Shown in pieces: positions 38,641 to 48,664 of a stretch of 64,000 bases of DNA (its first letter is position 1; every line of letters starts with the position of its first letter). The DNA is from Verrucomicrobiota bacterium (GTDB lineage: Bacteria > Verrucomicrobiota > Verrucomicrobiia > Limisphaerales > UBA11358). The stretch is from contig JBEKMW010000006.1 of assembly GCA_049523455.1 (NCBI GenBank), positions 5,731-69,730 on the forward strand. The letters run 5' to 3'. Under the pieces are notes generated by a model. It was not told the origin of the DNA. It did not search any database and saw only the letters and a program-made list of their open reading frames with translations. Position numbers and translations under genes: made by a program.

Positions 38641-39879
38641 CTACGATGGTTCAGGCCTTTGGCCTGTGAAATTACGCGGGTTGGACTTGGGCAGCAGAAA
38701 ACAAAGGGCGGCGGCGGTGAGCAGGCCCACACCTAACACACTGAAAGGGACGGTGATACCGTGGGTGCGCGTCTTTAACTCGCCGACGATGGAGGGGCCA
38801 AGGTAACCGCCCACGTTGCCCACCGCGTTCACCAGGCCAAAGACCGCGCCGAGAGCGGCGCGCGGTATGGTTTCCGCCGGGATGGCGAAAAAGGGCGCCA
38901 GCCCGGCAAAGGGACCTGGAATGGCCAGGCACAGGCACACATAGGAGAGCCAGAAGTACTTTTCGCGCAACAGCACGGCGGCGATGAGCGCCACGCCGCT
39001 CATGGCATAAACGAAGGCGGCGTGCCCGCGCCGTTCGCCCGTCCGGTCGGAGCGGCGCGAGTTGAGCACCATCACGATGGCGGTGACCACGTACGGCAGG
39101 GCAAACAGCACGCCGGTTTGGAATCCGGTGAGACGAAGGCCGCCGTGTTGGAGGCCCTCGGTCAGGAACGTGTTGCAGCCGTAACCGGCGGAGTTGTAGA
39201 GAAAACAAATCGCCAGCATGAGGAGCACGGACGGATGCAACAGGATGCGCCCCAGCGAAACTTTCTCCGCGGGTTCGACTTCGGCGCATTCACGTTGCAG
39301 CGTGGTATCGAGGAACTCCCTTTCCCGGTGGGAAAGCCACCGGGCCTGGCGCGGATGGTCGCTGATGAAGTAAAGCCAGACCGGCAGCCAGACAAACGGG
39401 AGCGCGCCTTCGGCGATGAGCATCGTCTGCCAGCCCCAGTGCCCCAGCAACCAACCGGTGGCGGGCGCGGCCCCGGCCACGGCCAGCGGTTGGCAGAGGC
39501 ACCAAAAAGCGGTCGCCCGCGCGCGTTCCTGGCGGGGAAACCAATTGGCCAGCAGCACCAGCGTGGCCGGATATACCGCGCTCTCCGCCATGCCGAGCAA
39601 AATACGCATGACAAAGAACTGCTTGAAACTGGCGGCCAGTCCGCAACCGACCGCGCAGGCTCCCCACAGCGCCAGCGATATGGCAATCAGTTTTTTGGGG
39701 CTCCAGTGGCTGGCCAGATAGCCTCCGGGAATTTGCAACAGCGCGTAACCGACGAAAAAAATGCCCGCCGCCTGTCCCTTCAAGCGGTCGTCCATCGTCA
39801 GGTCCTTCATCATGGAGGAAATGCGCGGGTCCAGCGCCAGGGCCACGTTGGTGCGGTCCACGTAGGAAATCGTGTACAT
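38641..39879 (-). CDS. MFS transporter (anion:cation symporter-like)
   Basis: YVDRTNVALALDPRISSMMKDL, FFVGYALLQIPGGYLASHWSPKKLI, GMAESAVYPATLVLLANWFPRQERARA. Confidence 0.85.
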   Translation of the reverse strand: MYTISYVDRTNVALALDPRISSMMKDLTMDDRLKGQAAGIFFVGYALLQIPGGYLASHWSPKKLIAISLALWGACAVGCGLAASFKQFFVMRILLGMAESAVYPATLVLLANWFPRQERARATAFWCLCQPLAVAGAAPATGWLLGHWGWQTMLIAEGALPFVWLPVWLYFISDHPRQARWLSHREREFLDTTLQRECAEVEPAEKVSLGRILLHPSVLLMLAICFLYNSAGYGCNTFLTEGLQHGGLRLTGFQTGVLFALPYVVTAIVMVLNSRRSDRTGERRGHAAFVYAMSGVALIAAVLLREKYFWLSYVCLCLAIPGPFAGLAPFFAIPAETIPRAALGAVFGLVNAVGNVGGYLGPSIVGELKTRTHGITVPFSVLGVGLLTAAALCFLLPKSNPRNFTGQRPEPS

Positions 39880-40026
39880 GACCAGCGCGACGGGGATGAG
39901 GCGCAGCCAGCGTTGATGGTCGGACTGGTTCAGGCCCGCGTTGTTAGCAAAAGGAGGCGGCGTACTTCAAGGCTCTTTTATTATTTATTCACCGCTTGAC
40001 CTTTTGCCGCCAAGCGGGTTTACTGT

Positions 40027-41073
40027 GTGGCGTTAGGCAAATTCATGTTTGCGCAGCTTAAAGGCCTGTTTTCTAACGATATCGGGATTGACCTGGGCAC
40101 AGCCAATTCTCTCGTGTACGTACGAGACCGTGGCATTGTGCTTCGGGAACCCTCCGTCGTAGCCATTCAGGCCGGTACCACTCACGTGCTCGCCGTCGGC
40201 GAGGAAGCCAAACGCATGCTCGGCCGCACGCCCGGCAACATCGTGGCCATCCGCCCGATGAAGGACGGTGTGATCGCCGACTTCGAAATCACCGAGGCCA
40301 TGCTTCGCCACTTCATTCAAAAAGTTCAACATCGCAAGTTGATTGCGCCACGCGTCGTGGTGGCCGTGCCTTCGGGCATTACCGAAGTGGAAAAGCGGGC
40401 GGTGAAGGACTCGGCCATTCACGCCGGGGCACGGGACGTGATTCTGATTGACCAGCCCATGGCTTCGGCCATTGGCGTGGGACTGCCGGTGCATGAACCG
40501 GCGGGCAACATGATCGTGGACATCGGCGGCGGGACCTGCGAAATCGCAATCATCTCCCTGGCCGGCATCGTCTTCAGCCGCAGCCTGCGGGTGGGCGGAG
40601 ACGAATTCGATGAGACGATCGTCGCACACATGAAACGCGCCTATAACTTGATGATAGGTGAACGCACTGCGGAAGAAATTAAAATTCGCATCGGCTCCGC
40701 ATTTCCTTTGGAACAGGAATTGACCATGGACGTAAAAGGGCGCGACCTGAGTACCGGGTTGCCCAAGACCCTGACCATTCGCTCCGAGGAAGTCCGCGAA
40801 GCCCTCCAGGAACCGCTTTCGAGCATTTTGGAATCGGTCCGGCTCACGCTGGAACGCTGCCCGCCCGAACTGGCTGCCGACCTCGTGGACCGCGGCCTGG
40901 TGATGGCCGGCGGCGGCTCACTCTTGCGCGGCATAGACCGGCTGGTGGCCGAGGAAACCGGCCTGCCGGTCCACGTGGCCGACGACCCCATGAGCGCCGT
41001 CGCCGAGGGCACCGGCCGCGTCCTGCAGGAGATTGAATTTGTCCGGCGGCTCGCCGGCAACTCGAAGTCTTGA
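40027..41073 (+). CDS. mreB: Rod shape-determining protein MreB
   Basis: FSNDIGIDLGTANSLVYVRDRGIVLREPSVVAI, VDIGGGTCEIAIISL, GGGSLLRGIDRLVAEETGLPVHV. Confidence 0.97.
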   Translation: MALGKFMFAQLKGLFSNDIGIDLGTANSLVYVRDRGIVLREPSVVAIQAGTTHVLAVGEEAKRMLGRTPGNIVAIRPMKDGVIADFEITEAMLRHFIQKVQHRKLIAPRVVVAVPSGITEVEKRAVKDSAIHAGARDVILIDQPMASAIGVGLPVHEPAGNMIVDIGGGTCEIAIISLAGIVFSRSLRVGGDEFDETIVAHMKRAYNLMIGERTAEEIKIRIGSAFPLEQELTMDVKGRDLSTGLPKTLTIRSEEVREALQEPLSSILESVRLTLERCPPELAADLVDRGLVMAGGGSLLRGIDRLVAEETGLPVHVADDPMSAVAEGTGRVLQEIEFVRRLAGNSKS

Positions 41074-41100
41074 TTTTCCGCGCGTTCGCCTGAACCCGAT

Positions 41101-41922
41101 TTGCTTCGGGCAGGCATGTTGAAACGAAAACATTACGTTGCGCTCGGCGCGGTGACATTGGCAACCCTGCTGGTTCTCAGCCTGCCGTCGCGCGCCACTC
41201 TCCGGCTTAAACTTGCCATCGGCAGCCTGTTTTTACCCCTCTTTGGACTGGCCGGGACTGCCCAGCAATTGCCCATCACGGCCGCCGACGCCATCACGCC
41301 CCGCCGCGAACTGCTGCGCCAACTGGAGCAGCTTCGCCGCCAAAACGAGCAGGACCAGGTGCTGGCGCTGCAATACGCCGCCATTTCACGGGAAAACGAC
41401 GAGTTGCGGGCGCTGGCCGGCTGGCAGCGGCAGGCGCCGTGGAAGTTAAAGCTGGCCAGCGTCGTCATGCGCGACCCCGCCAACTGGTGGCGCATGGTGC
41501 AGATTGACCTCGGCAGTCGGGATGGCGTGCGCGAGAACCTGCCGGTGCTGACCGCCGAGGGATTGGTGGGCCGGGTCTCGTCCGTCAGTCTCACGCACGC
41601 GCAGGTGGTGTTGGTGGGCGATCCGGATTGCAAAGTGTCGGCGCTGGTCGAGGACCCGGCGGGCGACATAGGCATTGTCAACCCCGGCGGCTCGCAGGAC
41701 AGTTCGTTCGTCGAACTTGCTTACCTTTCCGGCAGTGCGGCGTTGAAGCCCGGCCAGAATGTCGTCACCAGCGGCCTCGGCGGCATTTATCCGAAAGGCA
41801 TTCCCATCGGCCAGGTGGCGGAGGATGCCCGGCCGGTCGAGTTCGGGCTTTACTCCGAGGCCCGGGTGAAACTGGCGGTGAACCTGGGCGCGCTGGACCA
41901 GGTGTGGGTTTTGTTTCCGTGA
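41101..41922 (+). CDS. mreC: Rod shape-determining protein MreC
   Basis: TM helix then coiled coil RRELLRQLEQLRRQNEQDQVLAL, SVVMRDPANWWRMVQIDLGSRDGV, GLVGRVSSVSLTHAQVVL. Confidence 0.88.
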   Translation: MLRAGMLKRKHYVALGAVTLATLLVLSLPSRATLRLKLAIGSLFLPLFGLAGTAQQLPITAADAITPRRELLRQLEQLRRQNEQDQVLALQYAAISRENDELRALAGWQRQAPWKLKLASVVMRDPANWWRMVQIDLGSRDGVRENLPVLTAEGLVGRVSSVSLTHAQVVLVGDPDCKVSALVEDPAGDIGIVNPGGSQDSSFVELAYLSGSAALKPGQNVVTSGLGGIYPKGIPIGQVAEDARPVEFGLYSEARVKLAVNLGALDQVWVLFP

Positions 41923-42476
41923 ATGCATTCAATACCATCTTGATCCTGGCAGCCGCGTTTCTGGCCGTGTTCGGCGAAGCGGCGCTGGGCGGCCCGCGCC
42001 AATGGCTGGGCGCGCAGGTGGATTTGCTCCCGGCCCTCATGGTCTATGCGGCCTTGAACGCAGATCTCATGACCGTTTCGCTCCTGGCTGTCCTGGGCGG
42101 ATTATGGTTCGACGCGCTGTCCGTCAATCCGCTGGGTGTGAGTATTTTGCCGCTGTTCGCCGTGGGCTATGGGATCTGGCTGCAACGGGAATTGCTGTTG
42201 CGCGAGGTGTCCTTTGCCCAGTTGTTCCTCGGCGCGGTGGCCAGCGCCCTCGCGCCGGCGTTGTCGGTGTTGCTGCTCTTGAGCCTGGGTTGCCAGCCGC
42301 TCTTGGGCTGGGGTTCGCTTTGGCAATGGGTCGTGCTTACCGCCGGCGGCGCGGTGGCCACGCCGATTATTTTCGCGCTGCTCGGCTGGTGCCGGCACGC
42401 CCTCGGCTATCAGCCGGAGGTCGAAACCAGTTTCCGCCCCGACCGCGAAATCCGGCGGGACCGGAATGTGAAATGA
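41919..42476 (+). CDS. mreD: MreD-like rod shape-determining membrane protein
   Basis: GTG start overlapping mreC stop (GTGA); VDLLPALMVYAALNADLMTVSLLAVLGGLWFDALSVNPLGVSIL; syntenic. Confidence 0.75.
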   Translation: MNAFNTILILAAAFLAVFGEAALGGPRQWLGAQVDLLPALMVYAALNADLMTVSLLAVLGGLWFDALSVNPLGVSILPLFAVGYGIWLQRELLLREVSFAQLFLGAVASALAPALSVLLLLSLGCQPLLGWGSLWQWVVLTAGGAVATPIIFALLGWCRHALGYQPEVETSFRPDREIRRDRNVK

Positions 42477-42502
42477 AGCAAAAATGACTGATCACCAAGA
42501 CC

Positions 42503-42614
42503 TAATGACTGGAGAATTTCAAATGACGAATGCCGAATGGAATGGCGGCCGGGTTTGCCATTCGTCATTCGGGCTTCGTCATTCTTTAGTCATTAGCGCT
42601 TCGTCATTCGCCAT
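42503..42614. repeat. Imperfect inverted repeat of the CATTCGTCATT type between mreD and mrdA
   Basis: Left TAATGACTGGAGAATTTCAAATGACGAATGCCGAATGG, right arm reverse complement TAATGACTAAAGAATGACGAAGCCCGAATGACGAATGG. Confidence 0.7.
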
Positions 42615-44621
42615 TTGTTTTTCGCCATGTTAGTTTTTGACGAACTGAAAAAGAGCGACCCGCAACTGCGCCTCCTGGCGGTGGCGCTGGCGGCGGGACT
42701 GTTCATTCTGTTGGCCGGCCTGTGGTGGGTGCAGGTGGTTTCTGCGCGCGAATATCAGGGCCACCTCGAGACGCAATCCTATCGCACCGTGCGCCTGCCG
42801 GCCGTGCGCGGCAAAATCCTCGACCGTTATGGCCGCGTGCTCGCCGAAAACCGTCCGCGCTACAGCCTGGACCTTTACCTGGACGATCTGCGCGATCAGT
42901 TCAAAGCCGCGTCCACCTGGGAGCGTTCGCAGGCCACCAACGCCCAAGCCGGGCTCATCGCCGCGGAGGAGAAAAAACTCGGACGCCCGCTGACGAAGGC
43001 CGAGCGCAAGCAATACGAATTCACCGCCGCTCAAAAGGAACAATGGGCCGCCCAGGCGCACGCCCTCGTGGCCGACAGCGTGGCGGCGCAACTCGGAGAA
43101 CTGTTGGGCCAGCCGGTGCGGTTGGATGCCGCGGATTTCGAACGCAGTTACGAGAAACGCCTCGCCATGCCTTATCCCGTCCTCAAAAATCTCGACGAAG
43201 CGCAAATTGCGCGCTTCGAGGAAAACTACGGCGGCGGTCTGGGCGCCGATCTGGAGGTCCAATCGGTTCGCACCTATCCGCTCGGCACGACGGCCGGGCA
43301 TCTGCTGGGCAGCCTGCAATTCGACAACAGTTCGGAGGAAGGCGAGGACGCTTATTTTTCCTACCGGCTGCCGGACTATCGCGGCGTGGTGGGAATCGAA
43401 GGGGGCTTTGACACACTGTTGCGCGGCCGGGCCGGCGTGGAATCGGTGCTGGTCAACAATCTTGGCTACCGCCAGTCGGGAAAGGAAATCATTTTGGAAC
43501 CGCCCATGCCGGGCAACAACGTGGTCCTGACTATTGACCTGGACATCCAGCAGGCCGCCACCGAATCGCTCAAAACGCATCGGGGTGCGGACGCGCGGGC
43601 GGCGGTCGTGGTCATGGACGTGCGCACCGGCGACGTGCTGGCCATGGTTTCCTCGCCCGAACTCAATCCCGATTATCAGGCGAACGACCCGAAATTTTTG
43701 AGCGACCCGAAATTGAAGCCGGAAATCAACCGCGCCACGCAGGAAAATTACGCGCCCGGCTCGATTTTCAAACCCATCGTGGGCCTCGCCGCGCTTGAAG
43801 CCGGCTTGAATCCGGACGCGATTGTGGACAATCCGGGTTATGTCTATGTCGGCCGGCGGCACATCACGGATTTGGCGCCGCCCGGCCAATACAATTTCCG
43901 CCGTGCCATCATTGAGTCCTGTAATACTTATTTCGTCACCGTCGGCCTGCGCGCGGGAATCGAGAATATAGTTGGCATGGCCGGGAAATTTCATCTTGGC
44001 GAACGGACCGGCCTGAGGACCGGGCAGGAGACGACGGGTGTTTTTCCGGCGTTGAAGCAGGTGAGAAACGCTGACTGGCGTGATGGCGACTCGGCAAACA
44101 TTTGTATCGGGCAGGGCGAAATGGCCGTGACGCCGATGCAGATGGCCGTAGCCTATGCAGCCATCGCCAACGGAGGGACGGTTTTGAAGCCGCGGCTGGT
44201 GGAAAAAATTGAAGACCCTGTCAGCGGCGAAACGTTGACCAATTTCCCGTCCGGCCTCGTGCGCGATCACCTCGGTGTCAGGGCCCGCAACTTGAACCTG
44301 TTGCGCGACGCGATGCTGGCGGAGACCGTGGAAGGTACCGGGAAGCCCGCACAAGTGCCCGGGTTGCAGATTTGCGGGAAGACCGGCACGGCGCAGGTGA
44401 TGAACGCGCTCAATCAGGAGATTGACCGTACTACTTGGTTTGCCTCGTTTGCGCCCTATGAAAATCCCCACTACTCCGTCGTGGTCATGGTCGAAAGCGG
44501 CACTTTTGGCGGCCCGACGTGCGCCCCGATTGCGCACGACATTTACGAAGCGATTTTGCATTCCGAAAAGACGGCCACGGCGCAAGTGGCCACAGCAAAT
44601 AAACATGAAATAACAAACTGA
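42615..44621 (+). CDS. mrdA: Penicillin-binding protein 2
   Basis: VRGKILDRYGRVLAENRPRYSLDLYLDDL, NYAPGSIFKPIVGLAALEAG (SxxK), KTGTAQV. Confidence 0.93.
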   Translation: MFFAMLVFDELKKSDPQLRLLAVALAAGLFILLAGLWWVQVVSAREYQGHLETQSYRTVRLPAVRGKILDRYGRVLAENRPRYSLDLYLDDLRDQFKAASTWERSQATNAQAGLIAAEEKKLGRPLTKAERKQYEFTAAQKEQWAAQAHALVADSVAAQLGELLGQPVRLDAADFERSYEKRLAMPYPVLKNLDEAQIARFEENYGGGLGADLEVQSVRTYPLGTTAGHLLGSLQFDNSSEEGEDAYFSYRLPDYRGVVGIEGGFDTLLRGRAGVESVLVNNLGYRQSGKEIILEPPMPGNNVVLTIDLDIQQAATESLKTHRGADARAAVVVMDVRTGDVLAMVSSPELNPDYQANDPKFLSDPKLKPEINRATQENYAPGSIFKPIVGLAALEAGLNPDAIVDNPGYVYVGRRHITDLAPPGQYNFRRAIIESCNTYFVTVGLRAGIENIVGMAGKFHLGERTGLRTGQETTGVFPALKQVRNADWRDGDSANICIGQGEMAVTPMQMAVAYAAIANGGTVLKPRLVEKIEDPVSGETLTNFPSGLVRDHLGVRARNLNLLRDAMLAETVEGTGKPAQVPGLQICGKTGTAQVMNALNQEIDRTTWFASFAPYENPHYSVVVMVESGTFGGPTCAPIAHDIYEAILHSEKTATAQVATANKHEITN

Positions 44622-44636
44622 AACTCCCCCTCGTTC

Positions 44637-44701
44637 TCGTCCTCCTCCTCGTCCTCGAATTTAAGTTTCGAGCACGAGGACGAGGACGAGGAGGAGGACG
44701 A
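44637..44701. repeat. Long hairpin of CTC/GAG-rich sequence between mrdA and rodA
   Basis: TCGTCCTCCTCCTCGTCCTCG (44637-44657) is perfectly complementary to 44681-44701; inner CTCGAA/TTCGAG. Confidence 0.85.
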
Positions 44702-44709
44702 AGGTAGCA

Positions 44710-45930
44710 ATGGTTGATCCCTCCATCAACGAACGAAGCACCGGGCTGGACCGCCTGCAACTGGCGGCGCTGGCCGGGCTGATGCTCATCGGCACGGCGT
44801 TCATTTACAGCGCCACGACGTCGAATGCGGACGCCGCGTCGTTGCCTTGGTATGACCAGAGCTGGGTGCGGCAGCTCATCTGGTATGCGCTGGGCCTGGG
44901 CGTGGGTGCGGCGGTGTGCCTCGTGGACTACCACACGCTGGCGCGCTGGTCGCTCGTCGCCTACTGCGCGGCGATTTTCTTCCTGGTCCTGGTGTTGATC
45001 CCCCATATCGGCCAGATGCGCTTCGGCGCGCGGCGGTGGATTGAATTCAAGGTCTTCCAATTCCAGCCCAGCGAATTTGCCAAGCTGGCCTTCATTCTGG
45101 CCGCCGCCAATTTCCTGAGTCGGCCCGCCGGGGAACTGCGGCGTCCGGCAACTTTCTGGACGGGCATGGGCCTGATGCTCCTGCCGTTCGTCCTGATATT
45201 GAAGGAACCGGACCTGGGTTCGGCGCTCGTGTTATTGCCGACCGGTTTGGTGATGATGTTCGTCGCGGGCACTCCTGGGCGCTATTTGGGGCTATTGGCC
45301 GGCTCCGTGGGCCTGCTGGCGGCGTTGTTTCTCGTGGATGCGGTGTTTTTGCCGCCCGGCTGGTGGCAGATTCCCATGCCGCCCTATCAGCGCGACCGGC
45401 TGCTGGTTTATTTTGACAGGGATTACCGATCTTTCGCTCCGCCGAACGCCACCCCGGCGGAGTTGCAAAGCCTGAATGCACAGGAAGAAAAGGACTCGTA
45501 CAACGTCCGTCAGGCTTTGATTTCCGTCGGCTCCGGTGGGCTGTTCGGCAAAGGGTGGCAGCGGGGGACGCAGCACAAATATGACTACCTGCCCCGGGCG
45601 GTGCAACATAACGACTTCATCTTCTCGGTCATCGCCGAGGAGGAAGGTTTCGTTGGCAGCGTGGTTGTGCTGGCGCTGTATGCGGTGGTTCTGTTCACCG
45701 GACTGAGAATCGCCGGCCAGGCGCGCGACCGCCTGGGCAAACTCGTGGTGGCGGGCGTGGTCACGCTCGTCTTCAGCCACATATTCATCAACATCGGCAT
45801 GAACATTCGCATCATGCCCGTGACGGGCGTGCCACTGCCGCTGCTTTCCTACGGCGGGTCTTCAGTGCTCGGCTCGTGGATCGCCGTGGGCTTGATGCAA
45901 AACGTTTACATTCATCGAAGAGGATACTGA
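44710..45930 (+). CDS. rodA: Rod shape-determining protein RodA
   Basis: Polytopic SEDS protein; YFDRDYRSFAPPN, EEEGFVGSVVVLALYAV, INIGMNIRIMPVTGVPLPLLSYGGSS. Confidence 0.93.
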   Translation: MVDPSINERSTGLDRLQLAALAGLMLIGTAFIYSATTSNADAASLPWYDQSWVRQLIWYALGLGVGAAVCLVDYHTLARWSLVAYCAAIFFLVLVLIPHIGQMRFGARRWIEFKVFQFQPSEFAKLAFILAAANFLSRPAGELRRPATFWTGMGLMLLPFVLILKEPDLGSALVLLPTGLVMMFVAGTPGRYLGLLAGSVGLLAALFLVDAVFLPPGWWQIPMPPYQRDRLLVYFDRDYRSFAPPNATPAELQSLNAQEEKDSYNVRQALISVGSGGLFGKGWQRGTQHKYDYLPRAVQHNDFIFSVIAEEEGFVGSVVVLALYAVVLFTGLRIAGQARDRLGKLVVAGVVTLVFSHIFINIGMNIRIMPVTGVPLPLLSYGGSSVLGSWIAVGLMQNVYIHRRGY

Positions 45931-45933
45931 ATT

Positions 45934-47901
45934 ATGAGCAATAAAAATTTTTCACGGCGCCAGCGCGGCATGCGCTTCCGCCCCAAAGGTGGTCTGGGCC
46001 AGTCCCAGCAAAAATCCGACCGCGACGCCATCCAGGCGCGCGCCGACGCGGTGAGCGAACAGGGCGGCGCCGAGCACTTGTTTGAAAAACGCCACGCGCA
46101 CGAAATCGAGCGCGCGGAAAACATCGCCGCCGGCCTGCCGCCCCAGGGCGCGCCGCCGGTCGAAACGCCGCCAGTCCCCGTGGACAAAAAGAGCTTCCGC
46201 CAACCGCATCTCGATACCCCGGCCAAGGTGGAGGAGGAAACCCCATTTCAGCCGGTGGCCATTCCCGAACAATCCAAGGGCATTCTGGACTCCATCAAAA
46301 ATGTCGCCGTCTCGCTGGTCAAAAAAGTCCAGCGGCTCATTCGGCCGGAAAAGAAGACCCACAAGGAGATCGTCATCAACGCCGAGACGCTCGAAACGCG
46401 CGTGGCGGTGCTGGAGGATGGCAAGCTCGAGGAATTCAACATTGAGCGCACCACCGAGGAGCGCCTCGTGGGCAGCATGTTCAAGGGCAAGGTTCGCAAC
46501 CTCGAAGACGGACTGAAAGCCGCCTTTGTGGACATCGGGTTCGAGAAGAACGCCTTCCTGCATTACTGGGACATTGTGCCCAACCAGTTCGACAGCGGCG
46601 TGGAAATCGTCGAGCGCGAAGGACGCCGGCCGACCCGCCCCAAAATCACGCAGCGGGACATTCCGCGCCTCTACCCGCCCGGCAGCGAGATCATCGTGCA
46701 GGTCACCAAGGGCCCCATCGGCACCAAAGGCCCGCGTATCACCACCAACCTCGTCCTGCCCGGACGTTACCTCGTGCTCCTGCCCAATTCGGACCAGTCC
46801 GGCATTTCGCGCAAGATTGAGAACCAGGAGGAACGCAAGCGCCTCAAGAAAATCCTGCGAGAACTGGCCATTCCCGATGGCATGGGCGTCATCATGCGCA
46901 CCGCCGGCGAAGGCCAGCAAAAACGCTACTTCGTGCGCGACCTCGCGTTGTTGCTCGAGGAATGGCGCGGTGTGCAGGAAAAAATCAAAGACCAGCCCAT
47001 GGCCACTTGCGTCTTCCAGGAACCCGACCTCATCGAACGCACCGTGCGCGACTTCCTCACCGAAGATGTTGAACGGATCGTGGTGGACAACCCCAAGGCC
47101 CACGACCGGATGCGCGAAATGATTTCCAAAATCTCCAAGCGCTCGGCGAGCAAGATCAAACTCTACTCTGAGGCCCAGGCCGTGTTCGACCGGTTCAACA
47201 TCACCAAGCAGCTCGAGAGCACCTTCTCGCGCCAGGTGCACCTCAAGAGCGGCGGCTACATCGTCATTGACGAAACCGAAGCGCTCGTGGCCATTGACGT
47301 GAACACCGGCCGCCACAAGGGCAGCAAGGACCAGGAATCCACCATCTTGAAGGTCAACCAGGAAGCCGCCGAGGAAATTACCCGCCAACTGCGCCTGCGC
47401 AACATGGGCGGCCTCATCGTGCTGGATTTCATTGACATGAAACAGCGCCGCGACCAGCACTCGGTTTACCAGAAGATGAAGGAAGGCCTGCGCCGCGACA
47501 AAGCCAAGACGCACATCCTGCCCATCTCCCAGCTCGGCCTCATGGAAATGACGCGCCAGCGACACACCGAGAGCGTGCGGTCGGCGGTGTATGACGATTG
47601 TCCCTATTGCAAGGGCCGCGGCAAGGTAAAGAGTGCCATCACCATGAGCGTGGAAATCCAGCGCAAGCTCCAGGAAATCCTGAAAAAGCGCACCCGCGAC
47701 GAGTCGGATTTCCAACTGCGCATTGTGGTGCATCCCACCGTGTTGGACCGGTTGCGCACCGAGGACGAAAAACTGCTCATCGAAATGGAGAAGCGCTACT
47801 TCGGCAAGCTGTCCTTCCGCGCCGACTCCGCCATGCACGCCGAGCAATTCAAAATTGTCAACGTGGAGAACAACGAAGAACTGGCCAGCGTGGGCTCCTG
47901 A
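45934..47901 (+). CDS. rng: Ribonuclease E/G
   Basis: VGSMFKGKVRNLEDGLKAAFVDIGFEKNAFLHYWD, GGYIVIDETEALVAIDVNTGRHKGSKDQESTILKVNQEAAEEITRQLRLRNMGGLIVLDFIDM. Confidence 0.93.
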   Translation: MSNKNFSRRQRGMRFRPKGGLGQSQQKSDRDAIQARADAVSEQGGAEHLFEKRHAHEIERAENIAAGLPPQGAPPVETPPVPVDKKSFRQPHLDTPAKVEEETPFQPVAIPEQSKGILDSIKNVAVSLVKKVQRLIRPEKKTHKEIVINAETLETRVAVLEDGKLEEFNIERTTEERLVGSMFKGKVRNLEDGLKAAFVDIGFEKNAFLHYWDIVPNQFDSGVEIVEREGRRPTRPKITQRDIPRLYPPGSEIIVQVTKGPIGTKGPRITTNLVLPGRYLVLLPNSDQSGISRKIENQEERKRLKKILRELAIPDGMGVIMRTAGEGQQKRYFVRDLALLLEEWRGVQEKIKDQPMATCVFQEPDLIERTVRDFLTEDVERIVVDNPKAHDRMREMISKISKRSASKIKLYSEAQAVFDRFNITKQLESTFSRQVHLKSGGYIVIDETEALVAIDVNTGRHKGSKDQESTILKVNQEAAEEITRQLRLRNMGGLIVLDFIDMKQRRDQHSVYQKMKEGLRRDKAKTHILPISQLGLMEMTRQRHTESVRSAVYDDCPYCKGRGKVKSAITMSVEIQRKLQEILKKRTRDESDFQLRIVVHPTVLDRLRTEDEKLLIEMEKRYFGKLSFRADSAMHAEQFKIVNVENNEELASVGS

Positions 47902-48082
47902 GCCGGTAATGGCGCCCTCCGGGCGCGGGTTTGCGGCGGACGGCGCGCGGCGCCGTCCGCGCCGGGGTGGCGGGGGGACATCGTAATGCGATTTCCCTGC
48001 CGCTAAATCAACCCGCCAGCGCCCTCATCGTCCGAAGGTACCATTTGACTTGGAGGGAACCTTGCGCTATATAGAATCCACC

Positions 48083-48325
48083 ATGAAAGATACGTTGACA
48101 ATCACTCAGGGGCAGGCGCAACTTCCGGCGCTCTGCCGCAAGCAAAGGACCACCGCCATTACGCGGAACGGTCAAGTTGTGTCTTTCATCGTTCCCCGGC
48201 AGAGGATGTCGGACTTGCTGGAACAAATGGAAATTCTGGCCAACCCAGCCGCGATGAAAGCCATCAAAAAGGCACGGGCTGGCAGAGGCAAATTCCATTC
48301 TTTGAGCGTGTTGGATGAAAACTAA
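48083..48325 (+). CDS. Phd/YefM-like antitoxin
   Basis: MKDTLTITQGQAQLPALCRKQRTTAITRNGQVVSFIVPRQRMSDLLEQMEIL; overlaps toxin gene. Confidence 0.7.
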   Translation: MKDTLTITQGQAQLPALCRKQRTTAITRNGQVVSFIVPRQRMSDLLEQMEILANPAAMKAIKKARAGRGKFHSLSVLDEN

Positions 48326-48602
48326 AGTCCTCCTTGAGGACCAGGTGCTGAAATTCATCCGGCGCCAGCCGCCGGAAACGCGCCGGCGCTTGCGCGACGC
48401 GCTGCACGCGGTGGAAAACGGCGAACGATTTCCTGAACCGCTGGAAGACGAACTGGAAGGATTTTACAAACTCAAAGTCGAACGCATCCGCATCCTCATG
48501 CAGGCCGGCGCTCGCGAATCCGGGCCGGTATTCAAGGCCATTTTTGCCGAACGCCGCAAGACGGTTTATGAGCTCTTCAGCCAGATTTTGGGGCTGGATT
48601 GA
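48315..48602 (+). CDS. RelE/ParE-like toxin
   Basis: LKFIRRQPPETRRRLRDALHAVENGERFPEPLEDELEGFYKLKVERIRILM...VFKAIFAERRKTVYELFSQIL. Confidence 0.7.
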   Translation: MKTKVLLEDQVLKFIRRQPPETRRRLRDALHAVENGERFPEPLEDELEGFYKLKVERIRILMQAGARESGPVFKAIFAERRKTVYELFSQILGLD

Positions 48603-48664
48603 GCCATAACGAAACCGTTGTTTTTGGGCATGCCTATGGACCGGACCTGGAAAGGTCGACTGTG

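Noticed and set aside
38641-39970. MFS gene start lacks part of TM1 in the given ORF (upstream frame reads SDHQRWLRLIPVALV without ATG/GTG/TTG)
   Set aside because: Could be an unusual start codon or small sequence error; not enough evidence to call the gene disrupted.
42630-44606. 658-aa minus-strand ORF opposite mrdA
   Set aside because: Shadow ORF; PBP2 catalytic motifs are on the plus strand.
45952-47847. 631-aa minus-strand ORF opposite RNase E/G
   Set aside because: Shadow ORF of a clearly conserved gene on the other strand.
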